A stretch of 34,678 nucleotides of DNA. Source: an uncultured Pseudomonadota bacterium. Its GTDB lineage: Bacteria; Pseudomonadota; Alphaproteobacteria; RF32; CAG-239. Numbering within the stretch: position 1 is the stretch's first letter; the number at the start of each line of letters is the position of its first letter. Under the pieces are notes generated by a model. It saw only the letters and a program-made list of their open reading frames with translations. It had not been told where the DNA came from and did no database searches. The position numbers were made by a program, and so were the translations under genes. This document shows, in pieces, positions 25,576-33,691 of this stretch. Where the stretch lies: positions 1 through 34,678 of the forward strand of contig CADBPX010000081.1 in NCBI GenBank assembly GCA_902796625.1, written 5' to 3'.

Positions 25576-25896
25576 TTGCTTATGGAACATAGTGAAGGGC
25601 CTGTTTCATATCAGGCCAAAGTTCTACGAATCAAAAAAAGTTCTTCCGGTGTCCTTAGGGTTTTCATCTATTACAAGTACAAAATAAGATGGAAAAACCT
25701 TCATAATGTGCGTATTGCCACGGTTTATCCCGGCAGTCATCTTTACGAACGGGTAAGTAATTTGCAAATCGGGGATATGGTTTGGGCCACCCCGAACAGC
25801 GAAAAAAATGATGGCTATCATCAAATTATCGACTGCAAGTCTCTTCCCAAATGGAAACGTTGGCTTAACACTTACCTCAGTTTTTATTGGTTCTGA
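25576..25896 (+). CDS. Small basic protein, paralog 2 (104-106 aa), same family as 25240-25500, with an extra aromatic C-terminal tail
   Basis: Same-frame, same-offset conservation with paralog 1: QAKV at codons 13-16 and GDMVWATP at codons 66-73 of both ORFs. The start is TTG at 25576 or ATG at 25582. The C-terminus KWKRWLNTYLSFYWF is absent from paralog 1. Confidence 0.6.
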   Translation: MLMEHSEGPVSYQAKVLRIKKSSSGVLRVFIYYKYKIRWKNLHNVRIATVYPGSHLYERVSNLQIGDMVWATPNSEKNDGYHQIIDCKSLPKWKRWLNTYLSFYWF

Positions 25897-25940
25897 AAAT
25901 TAACCCCTATCGCAATAGATGGGGGTTAATTTTATTTTTG
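25896..25940. terminator. Bidirectional terminator between small paralog 2 and the convergent 173-aa gene
   Basis: 12-bp stem AAAATTAACCCC/GGGGTTAATTTT with a 14-nt loop, followed by A-TTTTT on the plus strand. The A/T-rich stem base provides the T-run on the minus strand. Confidence 0.65.
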
Positions 25941-26453
25941 AGCTAAGAATTGAGCAGATGAAAGTATCAGAAAATCAGTTGGTGCCGAGTAACATTCTGC
26001 AAACATTTCTTCGACCCAAGCCGCACTCTGAATTAAAAACAATTCATTATACCAAGCCAGCAATTCTTTATTTTGGGCAAATCCTTCTTGCCATACTTTG
26101 AAAACTACAAAATCCGGCTCACACTCACTGATAAGCATAGCCTCATGACGGCGATTACGACTGATAATTCCGATAACAGCCTGAGGAAATTGTTTTTTGA
26201 CTGATTTAACAATTTTCTGCGGTTTTTCTTCCTTAGATAAATCTAAAACAAATCCGTCAGCGGCAAATTTCTGATAAGATTCTGTTGCATTATCTCCACA
26301 GATTAAAATCAGTTTTCCGGCTTGATGCGCCGAGGCAATAAAACGAGTTATAAACTCTTCATTTTCACCGGAATCAATAACAAAACACTGTAATTTTTCA
26401 TCTGTGATAAGATATTCATGTTCCGGCGCAATTTTAATAATTAATTTTTGCAT
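25932..26453 (-). CDS. Hypothetical protein, possibly a ThiE/TenI-like (TMP-synthase fold) remnant
   Basis: Only a loose by-eye resemblance to the ThiE family (YLITD..., AADGFVLDL, IGIISRNRRHEAMLISECEPDFVVF). No catalytic motif could be confirmed. Confidence 0.3.
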   Translation of the reverse strand: MQKLIIKIAPEHEYLITDEKLQCFVIDSGENEEFITRFIASAHQAGKLILICGDNATESYQKFAADGFVLDLSKEEKPQKIVKSVKKQFPQAVIGIISRNRRHEAMLISECEPDFVVFKVWQEGFAQNKELLAWYNELFLIQSAAWVEEMFAECYSAPTDFLILSSAQFLAQK

Positions 26454-26531
26454 TTTTCAAATCTTTATGTTAGAAATTAAGAAACTATATTTAATATACA
26501 TCAATTTTAAGGAAAAGGAAGTTTTTTTATT

Positions 26532-27191
26532 ATGGAAATGCAAAATCTGGAAAAAAGCCAAGATTCTTTAGCGCGCTTAAATTCTGCCGTTACCGAGCTT
26601 GTTGAAGTTATTAAACAACAACGATCTCAATTCGCCTCAGCTTTAGCTGATGAACAAAGTAAAACCGCAAATGCATCTGCGCAAATTGCTGTTCTGGAGG
26701 CCCAAATCAGAACTTTAGAAGATGAGAAAACACAAATGCAATCTGCTTTGACCGAAGCTCAAAACAATACCGAAGTTGAAAATAAGATGCAGGAATTGCA
26801 AAATGCGGTTGAAAATCGCAACACCAAAATCGGCGGGTTGCAAACGGAGATTCAAAACCTTAATAATGCTCTGACGAATCGCAAAAACCAGATTGAAGAA
26901 TTGGAAAAGAACAACCAATTACTGAATGAAAAATTACAGTCGGCACAAAATAAAATTGCGGAACTGGAATCGTCTTCTGCTGATAACAGTAACGTTGTAG
27001 CTGAAATTCAAGCACGTTTAGATGAAGAATTAAAACAAAATGAAAATTTATCGCAAAAATATCGGGATTCGGAAGAAAAATTAGCACAAATGCAAAATAC
27101 AATTGCGCAAACAACCGAAAATATTGATGACGTTGTGGCCAGATTAGAAAAGGTATTGGAAGAAAATGGGGCAAGTAACAATAACAATTGA
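26532..27191 (+). CDS. Coiled-coil protein upstream of zapA (ZauP/DUF4164-like, expanded)
   Basis: Almost entirely heptad-like, Q/N/E/L/K-rich sequence with no TM segment or signal peptide. Its 3' end overlaps the zapA start by 26 nt. The position matches the ZapA-upstream coiled-coil partner described in Caulobacter. Confidence 0.55.
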   Translation: MEMQNLEKSQDSLARLNSAVTELVEVIKQQRSQFASALADEQSKTANASAQIAVLEAQIRTLEDEKTQMQSALTEAQNNTEVENKMQELQNAVENRNTKIGGLQTEIQNLNNALTNRKNQIEELEKNNQLLNEKLQSAQNKIAELESSSADNSNVVAEIQARLDEELKQNENLSQKYRDSEEKLAQMQNTIAQTTENIDDVVARLEKVLEENGASNNNN

Positions 27192-27486
27192 TAAGCGTGA
27201 GTATGCCATCACTTGTGAGGACGGACAAGAAGCGCATATTATAAAACTTTCACGTATTTTAGATGAACGCGCCAGACAAATTGCGGCGAGCATCGGTATG
27301 GTTAACGAAAATATGAAATTGGCTATGGTTGGATTAACGTTGGCTGATGAACTTATGGATGTTAAGAATTCGTCTGCGACTATAACTCCCGAAGCCTTAT
27401 CACAAATAGATAACAAAATTGCTTCCGATGTTAATGTGCAAACGGCCAAAATAACAGATTTGATTCACGAAATAAAAGCATTATAG
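27166..27486 (+). CDS. zapA: Cell division protein ZapA
   Basis: VTITIDKREYAITCEDGQEAHIIKLSRILDERARQI... fits the ZapA N-terminal beta domain plus a C-terminal helix. Length 106 aa. Confidence 0.8.
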   Translation: MGQVTITIDKREYAITCEDGQEAHIIKLSRILDERARQIAASIGMVNENMKLAMVGLTLADELMDVKNSSATITPEALSQIDNKIASDVNVQTAKITDLIHEIKAL

Positions 27487-27498
27487 CACTTTAATAAA

Positions 27499-27528
27499 AC
27501 CGCCGAAAAAAATTCGGCGGTGTTTTTT
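27499..27528. terminator. Bidirectional rho-independent terminator shared by zapA and ftsK
   Basis: 9-bp stem ACCGCCGAA/TTCGGCGGT with an A5 loop and GTTTTTT downstream. An A-run upstream serves the minus strand. It overlaps the ftsK stop codon. Confidence 0.8.
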
Positions 27529-30238
27529 AATCCTCAAAACCGACAACCTGTCGCCGTCCGACCCGATCCGGCGGAGTTACGATTCCCTCATCTTCCATGC
27601 GCTCAATCAAAATTGCTGCGCGATTGTAGCCCAAGCGCAACTTACGTTGAATATAACTGGTTGAGGCCTTCTTATCGGTACGCACTATTTCTACGGCCTG
27701 CCGATATAAATCATCATCACCGCCTCCGGCAATTTCGCCCTTATCAAATACTGCACCGCTGTCTTTGCTATTAACCTCTCCTTCTGTTACATCAGAGACA
27801 TAACTAGGCTCTCCTTGCGATTTAACATATTCCACCACTCGTTCGACTTCGCCGTCAGTAACGAAGCAACCGTGAACACGAATCGGGCGTAAACCTGATG
27901 GCATATAGAGCATATCTCCCATACCCAAAAGTTGCTCAGCCCCCTGTTCACCCAAAATTGTCCGGCTGTCAATTTTCGTTGTAACATGGAAGCTGATACG
28001 GCTTGGAAAGTTTGCTTTAATTGTACCTGTAATAACATCAACCGAAGGCCGTTGCGTAGACATAATCAGGTGAATTCCGGCGGCTCGTGCCATTTGCGCC
28101 AATCGTTGAATTGCCGCCTCCACTTCCTTGCCGGCCACTAACATTAAATCAGCCATTTCATCAACAACAATAACGATATAATGCATTGGTTTGGTATCAA
28201 TAATTTGCTCTTCATAAATCGGTCGTCCGGTTTCTTTATCGAATCCGGTTTGAATAGTCTTTTTAATTTCCTTGCCCGAATTTTGCATTTCTTTAACTTT
28301 TTGATTATAACCGGCGATATTGCGCACATTTAATAAAGCCATTGCCCGATAGCGATCTTCCATCTCCCGAACGGCCCATTTTAAGCCGACAACGGCCTTC
28401 CCCGGATCGGTAATTACCGGTGTTAACAAATGCGGAATGCCGTTGTACATTGAAAATTCAAGTTGTTTCGGATCAATCATGATGAATTTACATTGTTCCG
28501 GCGTCAGACGATAAATCAGCGATAAAATCATTGAGTTAACCCCGACTGATTTACCGGAACCGGTTGTACCGGCTACCAACAAGTGCGGCATTTTCGCCAA
28601 ATCGGCATAAACATGCTGACCACCGATATCTTTACCCAGCGCCACATTTAAGATGTTTTTGCTGTTTTTAAAGTCGTTATCCTCAAATAATTCACGCAAC
28701 CATACGGTTTCACGTTTTTCATTCGGCAATTCTATACCGATGGTATTATGTCCGCTGACAACGGCCATACGTACCGAAGCTACGGCCATTGAACGCGCAA
28801 TATCATCAGAAAGTCCGATAACTCTGGCTGTACGTGTCCCCGGCGCCGGTTCTAATTCGTATAATGTCACCACCGGTCCGGGGCGAACTTTAACAATTTG
28901 ACCGTTAATCTTGAAATCTTTCAGCACTTCTTCCAAACGAGCTGCATTTGCTTTAAGTGTTGCTTCGTCATACTCTATTGCCGTTTCGTTGTGCGCTGTC
29001 AGCAAATCAATATCCGGAAGTTGATATTCATCGGTAACCGTCGGCGTTTTTTCTTTAATTTTTTCAGCGGCGAACGGCAGATTTAATGATGCGGGAACCT
29101 GTTGCTGTAAATCATTTTCATTAGAATGATTGACCGCGCCGGTCGGCACATTCAACAAATCGTCCTGCGGCAGTTTTTCCTTAGCCGGAGTTTTTTTAGT
29201 AGCAAAAGATTTCACTCCTTCGGTTTGGTAAATATCTTGCGGAGTAATTTTACGAGCGGCTTTTTTGGTATTTTGGTTAGCCGCATCCCCATCGGCAACA
29301 AAGGCGAATGTCGGGTTAACACTATTATTTTTGGCAACCGCATTGGCGGCAACAGCCGGCGGAAGTTCAATTTGCAACTTATCTTCCGGTTTTATCGTTT
29401 CCGGTTTTGTTGAAGCGGTGACAGTGTCAGAAATACGATTTTGCGGTGTTGCTGCGGCCATAGTTAATTTCGGCTCATCGTTACGCTCAAATCCCGGTTC
29501 ACGGCGAATCCGCAGCTTTCCGCCATTCTGCCGCTGCATTCTGGAGCGCAAATAACTCGGATTAATTTCTTTGAATTCGGTATATTCCCGGATCTTGGCA
29601 ATTTTTTTAATTCCGGACCAAATAAATTTGCCGCACCACCGAAAGACATTCGCAATTCCCGTTGTCAGATTCAGCCACAACTTGAAGGTTATACCGGCAG
29701 CAAAATTAAACGACAGCAGAGCAAAAAACAAAATTATTCCTTCAAACAGCAGGGAATTATATGGAAAATTAAAGCTGTTCACATAGGTGTTAAGCGGCCG
29801 ACTTAAAACTTTGCTCCATTCACCGGTTAAATTGTACGGCAAATTAAATTTGCCTAGGTAACCGCTGCAAGTTAAATCCAAAAAACAGGCTGCACATAAA
29901 ATTCCGACAATCCACGCCAAAATCCGGGCTTTATATTCGGCAAAAGCCTGATAACGGAGCAGACCGAGGCCCCAAATAATCGGCACCAATAAAAAAATGA
30001 TTAATGACAAACCGAAAGTACTTAAAATTAAATCAGCACTGTACGAACCAAAACTTCCCAAAAAATTCTGCACCGCACCGGAAGTAGCCTTATTAAAAGA
30101 CGGATCTTCGGCATGGTAATCCAACAAACTTGCCAACATTAACAGCGGCAAGATTACAAGTACCAATCCTAAGAGGCGGCACAACATTTTTTGCCACCAT
30201 GTTTTCGGTTTTTCTTTGATTACTTTCTTTTTTGCCAT
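27527..30238 (-). CDS. ftsK: DNA translocase FtsK
   Basis: N-terminal polytopic membrane domain, a long low-complexity linker, a motor domain with Walker A GTTGSGKS and Walker B VIVVDEMADL, and a C-terminal gamma winged helix (STSYIQRKLRLGYNRAAILIERMEDEGIV). Confidence 0.96.
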   Translation of the reverse strand: MAKKKVIKEKPKTWWQKMLCRLLGLVLVILPLLMLASLLDYHAEDPSFNKATSGAVQNFLGSFGSYSADLILSTFGLSLIIFLLVPIIWGLGLLRYQAFAEYKARILAWIVGILCAACFLDLTCSGYLGKFNLPYNLTGEWSKVLSRPLNTYVNSFNFPYNSLLFEGIILFFALLSFNFAAGITFKLWLNLTTGIANVFRWCGKFIWSGIKKIAKIREYTEFKEINPSYLRSRMQRQNGGKLRIRREPGFERNDEPKLTMAAATPQNRISDTVTASTKPETIKPEDKLQIELPPAVAANAVAKNNSVNPTFAFVADGDAANQNTKKAARKITPQDIYQTEGVKSFATKKTPAKEKLPQDDLLNVPTGAVNHSNENDLQQQVPASLNLPFAAEKIKEKTPTVTDEYQLPDIDLLTAHNETAIEYDEATLKANAARLEEVLKDFKINGQIVKVRPGPVVTLYELEPAPGTRTARVIGLSDDIARSMAVASVRMAVVSGHNTIGIELPNEKRETVWLRELFEDNDFKNSKNILNVALGKDIGGQHVYADLAKMPHLLVAGTTGSGKSVGVNSMILSLIYRLTPEQCKFIMIDPKQLEFSMYNGIPHLLTPVITDPGKAVVGLKWAVREMEDRYRAMALLNVRNIAGYNQKVKEMQNSGKEIKKTIQTGFDKETGRPIYEEQIIDTKPMHYIVIVVDEMADLMLVAGKEVEAAIQRLAQMARAAGIHLIMSTQRPSVDVITGTIKANFPSRISFHVTTKIDSRTILGEQGAEQLLGMGDMLYMPSGLRPIRVHGCFVTDGEVERVVEYVKSQGEPSYVSDVTEGEVNSKDSGAVFDKGEIAGGGDDDLYRQAVEIVRTDKKASTSYIQRKLRLGYNRAAILIERMEDEGIVTPPDRVGRRQVVGFED

Positions 30239-30352
30239 TTTTTCCTCAAATTCATGCGATAAACTCGGGAGTATGATAGCGAAAAATGTTCAAAAATTTA
30301 TTAAAATTTCGGGCAAAATTAAGTCTGATGTTAATAAAAAAAAGGCTGATTA

Positions 30353-30380
30353 TTGACATTTGCCGCGTATGTTTTATAAA
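30353..30380 (+). promoter_or_regulatory. Sigma70-like promoter for fabD-fabG (TTGACA-16 nt-TATAAA)
   Basis: -35 at 30353-30358 and -10 at 30375-30380. A GGGAAG RBS precedes the ATG at 30407. Confidence 0.45.
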
Positions 30381-30406
30381 TCGCAAGAAAGAAAGGGAAG
30401 TTTAAA

Positions 30407-31351
30407 ATGAAATATTCTTTTGTTTTTCCGGGACAGGGTTCGCAGTATGTCGGCATGGGTAAAGAGCTGGCCGACAACTTTGCCGCGGCACGTGATGTTT
30501 TTAACGAAGTAAATGAGGCTCTCTCTTTTGACTTATACAAAGTTATGACGCAAGGGCCGGATTCTGCACTGATTATGACTGCCAATACGCAACCGGCTTT
30601 AATGGCCTTTTCAATGGCAATTGTTCGCGTTTTGGAAAAAGATTTCGGAATAAATATAAAGGAAAAAGCAGCCTTTGTTGCCGGACACTCCTTGGGTGAA
30701 TATTCAGCGGCATGCTGTGCCGGTGTGTTTTCTTTGAGTGATACGGCAAAGCTGTTACGTTTGCGCGGTGAAGCTATGCAAAATGCCGTACCGTTCGGAG
30801 TTGGCGGCATGGCAGCCGTCATCGGCCTGTCATACAAAGATGTTGATGCATTGGTTGAGGCTTGTTCGAATGGTAAAGATATTTGTGTTGCCGCTAATGA
30901 TAATTCGGAAGGGCAAGTTGTATTGTCTGGATCAATGACGGCAATTGACCGCGCCGTTGAAATTGCTCAGGAATTCGGAGCGCGCAAATGCGTTAAATTA
31001 GCGGTAAGTGCTCCTTTTCACAGCCCTTATATGGCTCCGGCGGCCGATATTATGGCGCGCGCTTTTATGAATGTTGAAGCTCATGACGCGCAAATTCCGC
31101 TGATTGCTAATGTGTTAGCCACACCAATCAGTAATCATAAGGAAATCATCAAGCACCTGATTGAACAAATTACCGGAACGGTCAGATGGCGGGAAACCAT
31201 GGCGTATATGGTTGAACAGAATGTTACCGACCTGGTTGAGCTGGGCGCCGGACGTGTTCTTTCCGGATTGGCAAAAAGAAGTTATAAAGAACTAAACGCA
31301 ATCTCCGTCGGTTCGATTGCAGAAATTGAAGAACTGGCAAAAAACATATAA
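30407..31351 (+). CDS. fabD: Malonyl-CoA:ACP transacylase
   Basis: FPGQGSQ at the N-terminus and active-site GHSLGEYSA. Confidence 0.95.
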   Translation: MKYSFVFPGQGSQYVGMGKELADNFAAARDVFNEVNEALSFDLYKVMTQGPDSALIMTANTQPALMAFSMAIVRVLEKDFGINIKEKAAFVAGHSLGEYSAACCAGVFSLSDTAKLLRLRGEAMQNAVPFGVGGMAAVIGLSYKDVDALVEACSNGKDICVAANDNSEGQVVLSGSMTAIDRAVEIAQEFGARKCVKLAVSAPFHSPYMAPAADIMARAFMNVEAHDAQIPLIANVLATPISNHKEIIKHLIEQITGTVRWRETMAYMVEQNVTDLVELGAGRVLSGLAKRSYKELNAISVGSIAEIEELAKNI

Positions 31352-31366
31352 TGAAAGGAAATATAT

Positions 31367-32104
31367 ATGTTTAGATTAGATGGAAAAGTTGCACTGATTA
31401 CCGGTTCGGCCGGTGGTATAGGCCGTAAAATTGCCCATACCTTGCATGAGCAAGGCGCAATTCTGGCTCTAACTGACATGAATGCCGAAAAGTTGGAAAG
31501 CTTAAAAAAGGAATTTGACACCAATGTTGAGTGCTTTGTGGCCAATCTAAGCGATGCTGAAGCCATAAAAAAACTGGTCAACGATGTAGAAGAAAAATTG
31601 GGACGAATTGATATCTTGGTAAATAATGCCGGACTAACCCGCGACAATTTGTTTATAAGGATGAGTGACGAAGATTGGCAATTAGTTTTAGATGTTAATC
31701 TTTCCGCCGGATTTAAGTTGGCTCGCGCCGCCGTCCGTGGTATGATGAAAAGACGTTTTGGTCGTATTATAGGAATTGCTTCGGTTGTCGGTGTTATGGG
31801 AAATGCCGGTCAGGCAAATTATTCTGCCTCAAAAGCCGGAATGATTGCCATGAATAAATGCTTGGCCCAAGAAGTCGGCTCGCGCGGCGTTACGGTAAAC
31901 TCCATCGCTCCGGGCTTTATCCGTACCCCGATGACCGACGTGTTGCCGGAAGATGTTAAAGCAGCATTAATGGCTAAAATTCCGGAACAAAAATTGGGCG
32001 AAGCGCAAGACATTGCCAACGTTGTGGCCTTTTTAGCTTCTGATGAAGCGCAATATATTACCGGCCAAACTATCCATGTTAACGGCGGTATGGCGATGAT
32101 TTAG
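31367..32104 (+). CDS. fabG: 3-oxoacyl-ACP reductase
   Basis: SDR motifs TGSAGGIG, NNAG and YSASKAG. Follows fabD. Confidence 0.93.
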   Translation: MFRLDGKVALITGSAGGIGRKIAHTLHEQGAILALTDMNAEKLESLKKEFDTNVECFVANLSDAEAIKKLVNDVEEKLGRIDILVNNAGLTRDNLFIRMSDEDWQLVLDVNLSAGFKLARAAVRGMMKRRFGRIIGIASVVGVMGNAGQANYSASKAGMIAMNKCLAQEVGSRGVTVNSIAPGFIRTPMTDVLPEDVKAALMAKIPEQKLGEAQDIANVVAFLASDEAQYITGQTIHVNGGMAMI

Positions 32105-32123
32105 CTTTGTAAAAAATAATATA

Positions 32124-32150
32124 AACCGTCGCACAAGCGGCGGTTTTTTT
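32124..32150 (+). terminator. Rho-independent terminator after fabG
   Basis: 9-bp stem AACCGTCGC/GCGGCGGTT (one G-U pair), ACAA loop, T-run to 32150. Confidence 0.75.
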
Positions 32151-32247
32151 GTATGCGGATAAAAAATTTGTTGCGAAATAAAAATATTTACGCTATGTTG
32201 CCAAACAGAAATAATCACTTTGAAATTGTAAATATGGAGATATAAAA

Positions 32248-32811
32248 ATGAAACAACTTGCAGGATCAATCAGAATCGGTTGGGTTATTGAATATAAGGG
32301 AAAACCTTGGACTATTACCAAGGCTGTACATATTAAGCCAGGTAAAGGCGGTGCCTTTATGCAGGTTGAAATGAAAGAAGTTGAAGCCGGAACCAAAACC
32401 AACGAACGCTTCAGAACCGAAGATACGGTTGAAAAGTTAATGGTTGAAGATAAAGATTGCCAATTTTTATTTGAAGATGCCAGCGGTTTGAATTTTATGG
32501 AATCGGATACTTTTGAACAATTTGCCATGCCGGCGGATTTATTGGGAGATTCCCGTCCGTTTTTGACCGATGGTATGCAGGTAAAGGTTTCGTATATTGA
32601 CGGCCGGCCGATTTCAGTTGACTTACCTTTGCAGGTAGTTTGTGAAGTGGTTGAAACCGAACCGGCTTTAAAAGGTCAGACGGTTTCCTCGTCATACAAA
32701 CCGGCAATTTTAGATAATGGTGTACGCACCAACGTTCCTCCGTTTATTAATGTCGGCGATAAAATTGTTGTCGGTACGGCAGAAGCCAATTATGTTGAAA
32801 GAGCGAAATAA
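32248..32811 (+). CDS. efp: Translation elongation factor P
   Basis: KPGKGGAFMQVEMK loop region and the three-domain EF-P length (187 aa). Confidence 0.93.
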   Translation: MKQLAGSIRIGWVIEYKGKPWTITKAVHIKPGKGGAFMQVEMKEVEAGTKTNERFRTEDTVEKLMVEDKDCQFLFEDASGLNFMESDTFEQFAMPADLLGDSRPFLTDGMQVKVSYIDGRPISVDLPLQVVCEVVETEPALKGQTVSSSYKPAILDNGVRTNVPPFINVGDKIVVGTAEANYVERAK

Positions 32812-33596
32812 TGCCATACGTTTCACCGAGTTTAACCACTATTGTTAATTCCGTTAAAAAGGCAGCGAATCCTTTAGGACGCGATTTTAATGAACTGGAA
32901 CACCTGCAAAATTCCGTTCATGGCGGCGATATGTTTGCAATGCGCTCTTATGAACGTGTACGCAATATTTTGCGCGAAGAACTGGCTAAATTTAAGCCTA
33001 ATTACGCATTTGTGTGTGAAAAAAATGATGCTATTCCGCCACATGGTAACTATTTTATGATAAATGCCATTGACGGTTATAACAATTTTGCCCACGGCAA
33101 TGCCAACTTTGCCATTTCTGTAGCAATGATTGAAAACAACACCATTGTCAGCGGGGTTGTTTATAATCCGATACGTGACGAAATGTTTTTTGCTGAAAAA
33201 GGCAGCGGTGCTTTTAAAGAAGGTTTTCGTTCACATGAACGAATCCGCATTGCCGGCGGCAAAGATGTTGCTCGCGCACTCATCGGTTGCGGTTCCGATG
33301 CCGATTTTATCGGCAAAGCGTTTGCCTTAAGCTCTAACGTTACCATTTCTGGAACAGCGGCATTGGATTTAGCTTATGTTGCAGCCGGAAAGCTTGATAT
33401 TGCATTACTGACAAACGCCGAAGCAACTGCACTGGCGGCCGGTATATTGCTGGTAAAGGAAGCCGGAGGTTATATATTTGCTATCGGCCAAACCGACACC
33501 CGCTCGGAAAATTTGCGCCAGGCGCTGTTCGGCGGTAATATATTTGCCTGCAACGAAGCGATGCGGCAAAAAATTGCTGAAATTGTGGCAAAATAA
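32811..33596 (+). CDS. Inositol monophosphatase (SuhB) family protein with degenerate metal-binding motifs
   Basis: IMPase-fold landmarks GTAALDLAYVAAGKLD and AAGILLVKEAGG are present. DPxDGT reads NAIDGY and WDxAAG reads TALAAG. TAATG overlap with efp; the efp-suhB adjacency is common in alphaproteobacteria. Confidence 0.75.
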   Translation: MPYVSPSLTTIVNSVKKAANPLGRDFNELEHLQNSVHGGDMFAMRSYERVRNILREELAKFKPNYAFVCEKNDAIPPHGNYFMINAIDGYNNFAHGNANFAISVAMIENNTIVSGVVYNPIRDEMFFAEKGSGAFKEGFRSHERIRIAGGKDVARALIGCGSDADFIGKAFALSSNVTISGTAALDLAYVAAGKLDIALLTNAEATALAAGILLVKEAGGYIFAIGQTDTRSENLRQALFGGNIFACNEAMRQKIAEIVAK

Positions 33597-33626
33597 AAAA
33601 AATTTAAAAAACTGTAAAAATAATGC

Positions 33627-33655
33627 TTGCGTATTTTATTTGCTTAATGTATAAA
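33627..33655 (+). promoter_or_regulatory. Sigma70-like promoter for rpmE (TTGCGT-17 nt-TATAAA)
   Basis: Hexamers at 33627-33632 and 33650-33655, about 35 nt upstream of the ATG at 33692. Confidence 0.4.
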
Positions 33656-33691
33656 GGCTAAAAAATAAAGTATGTTTAATGGAGTTTTACG

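Noticed and set aside
25256-25687. A 143-aa plus-strand ORF spanning from inside paralog 1 into paralog 2.
   Set aside because: It is in a different frame from the conserved one, runs across the terminator hairpin at 25513-25546, and shows no internal repeat corresponding to the duplication.
25210-25824. Antisense ORFs 25210-25524 (104 aa) and 25624-25824 (66 aa) opposite the small paralogs. They also share a block (GPNHI).
   Set aside because: The shared block is just the reverse complement of GDMVWATP. The nucleotide differences between the two copies are synonymous in the plus frame but change amino acids in the minus frame. The promoter and both terminators are also oriented for the plus strand.
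30331-30837. A 168-aa ORF antisense to fabD. Similar long antisense ORFs occur at 19989-20582 (kdsD), 1066-1422 (dnaJ), 26860-27449 (ZauP-like/zapA), 32193-32528 (efp), 7588-7932 (gpmI) and 2870-3214 (an alternative frame on the GT32 strand).
   Set aside because: Each lies entirely within a confidently assigned gene with strong family motifs. The translations are low-complexity or hydrophobic nonsense with no motifs.
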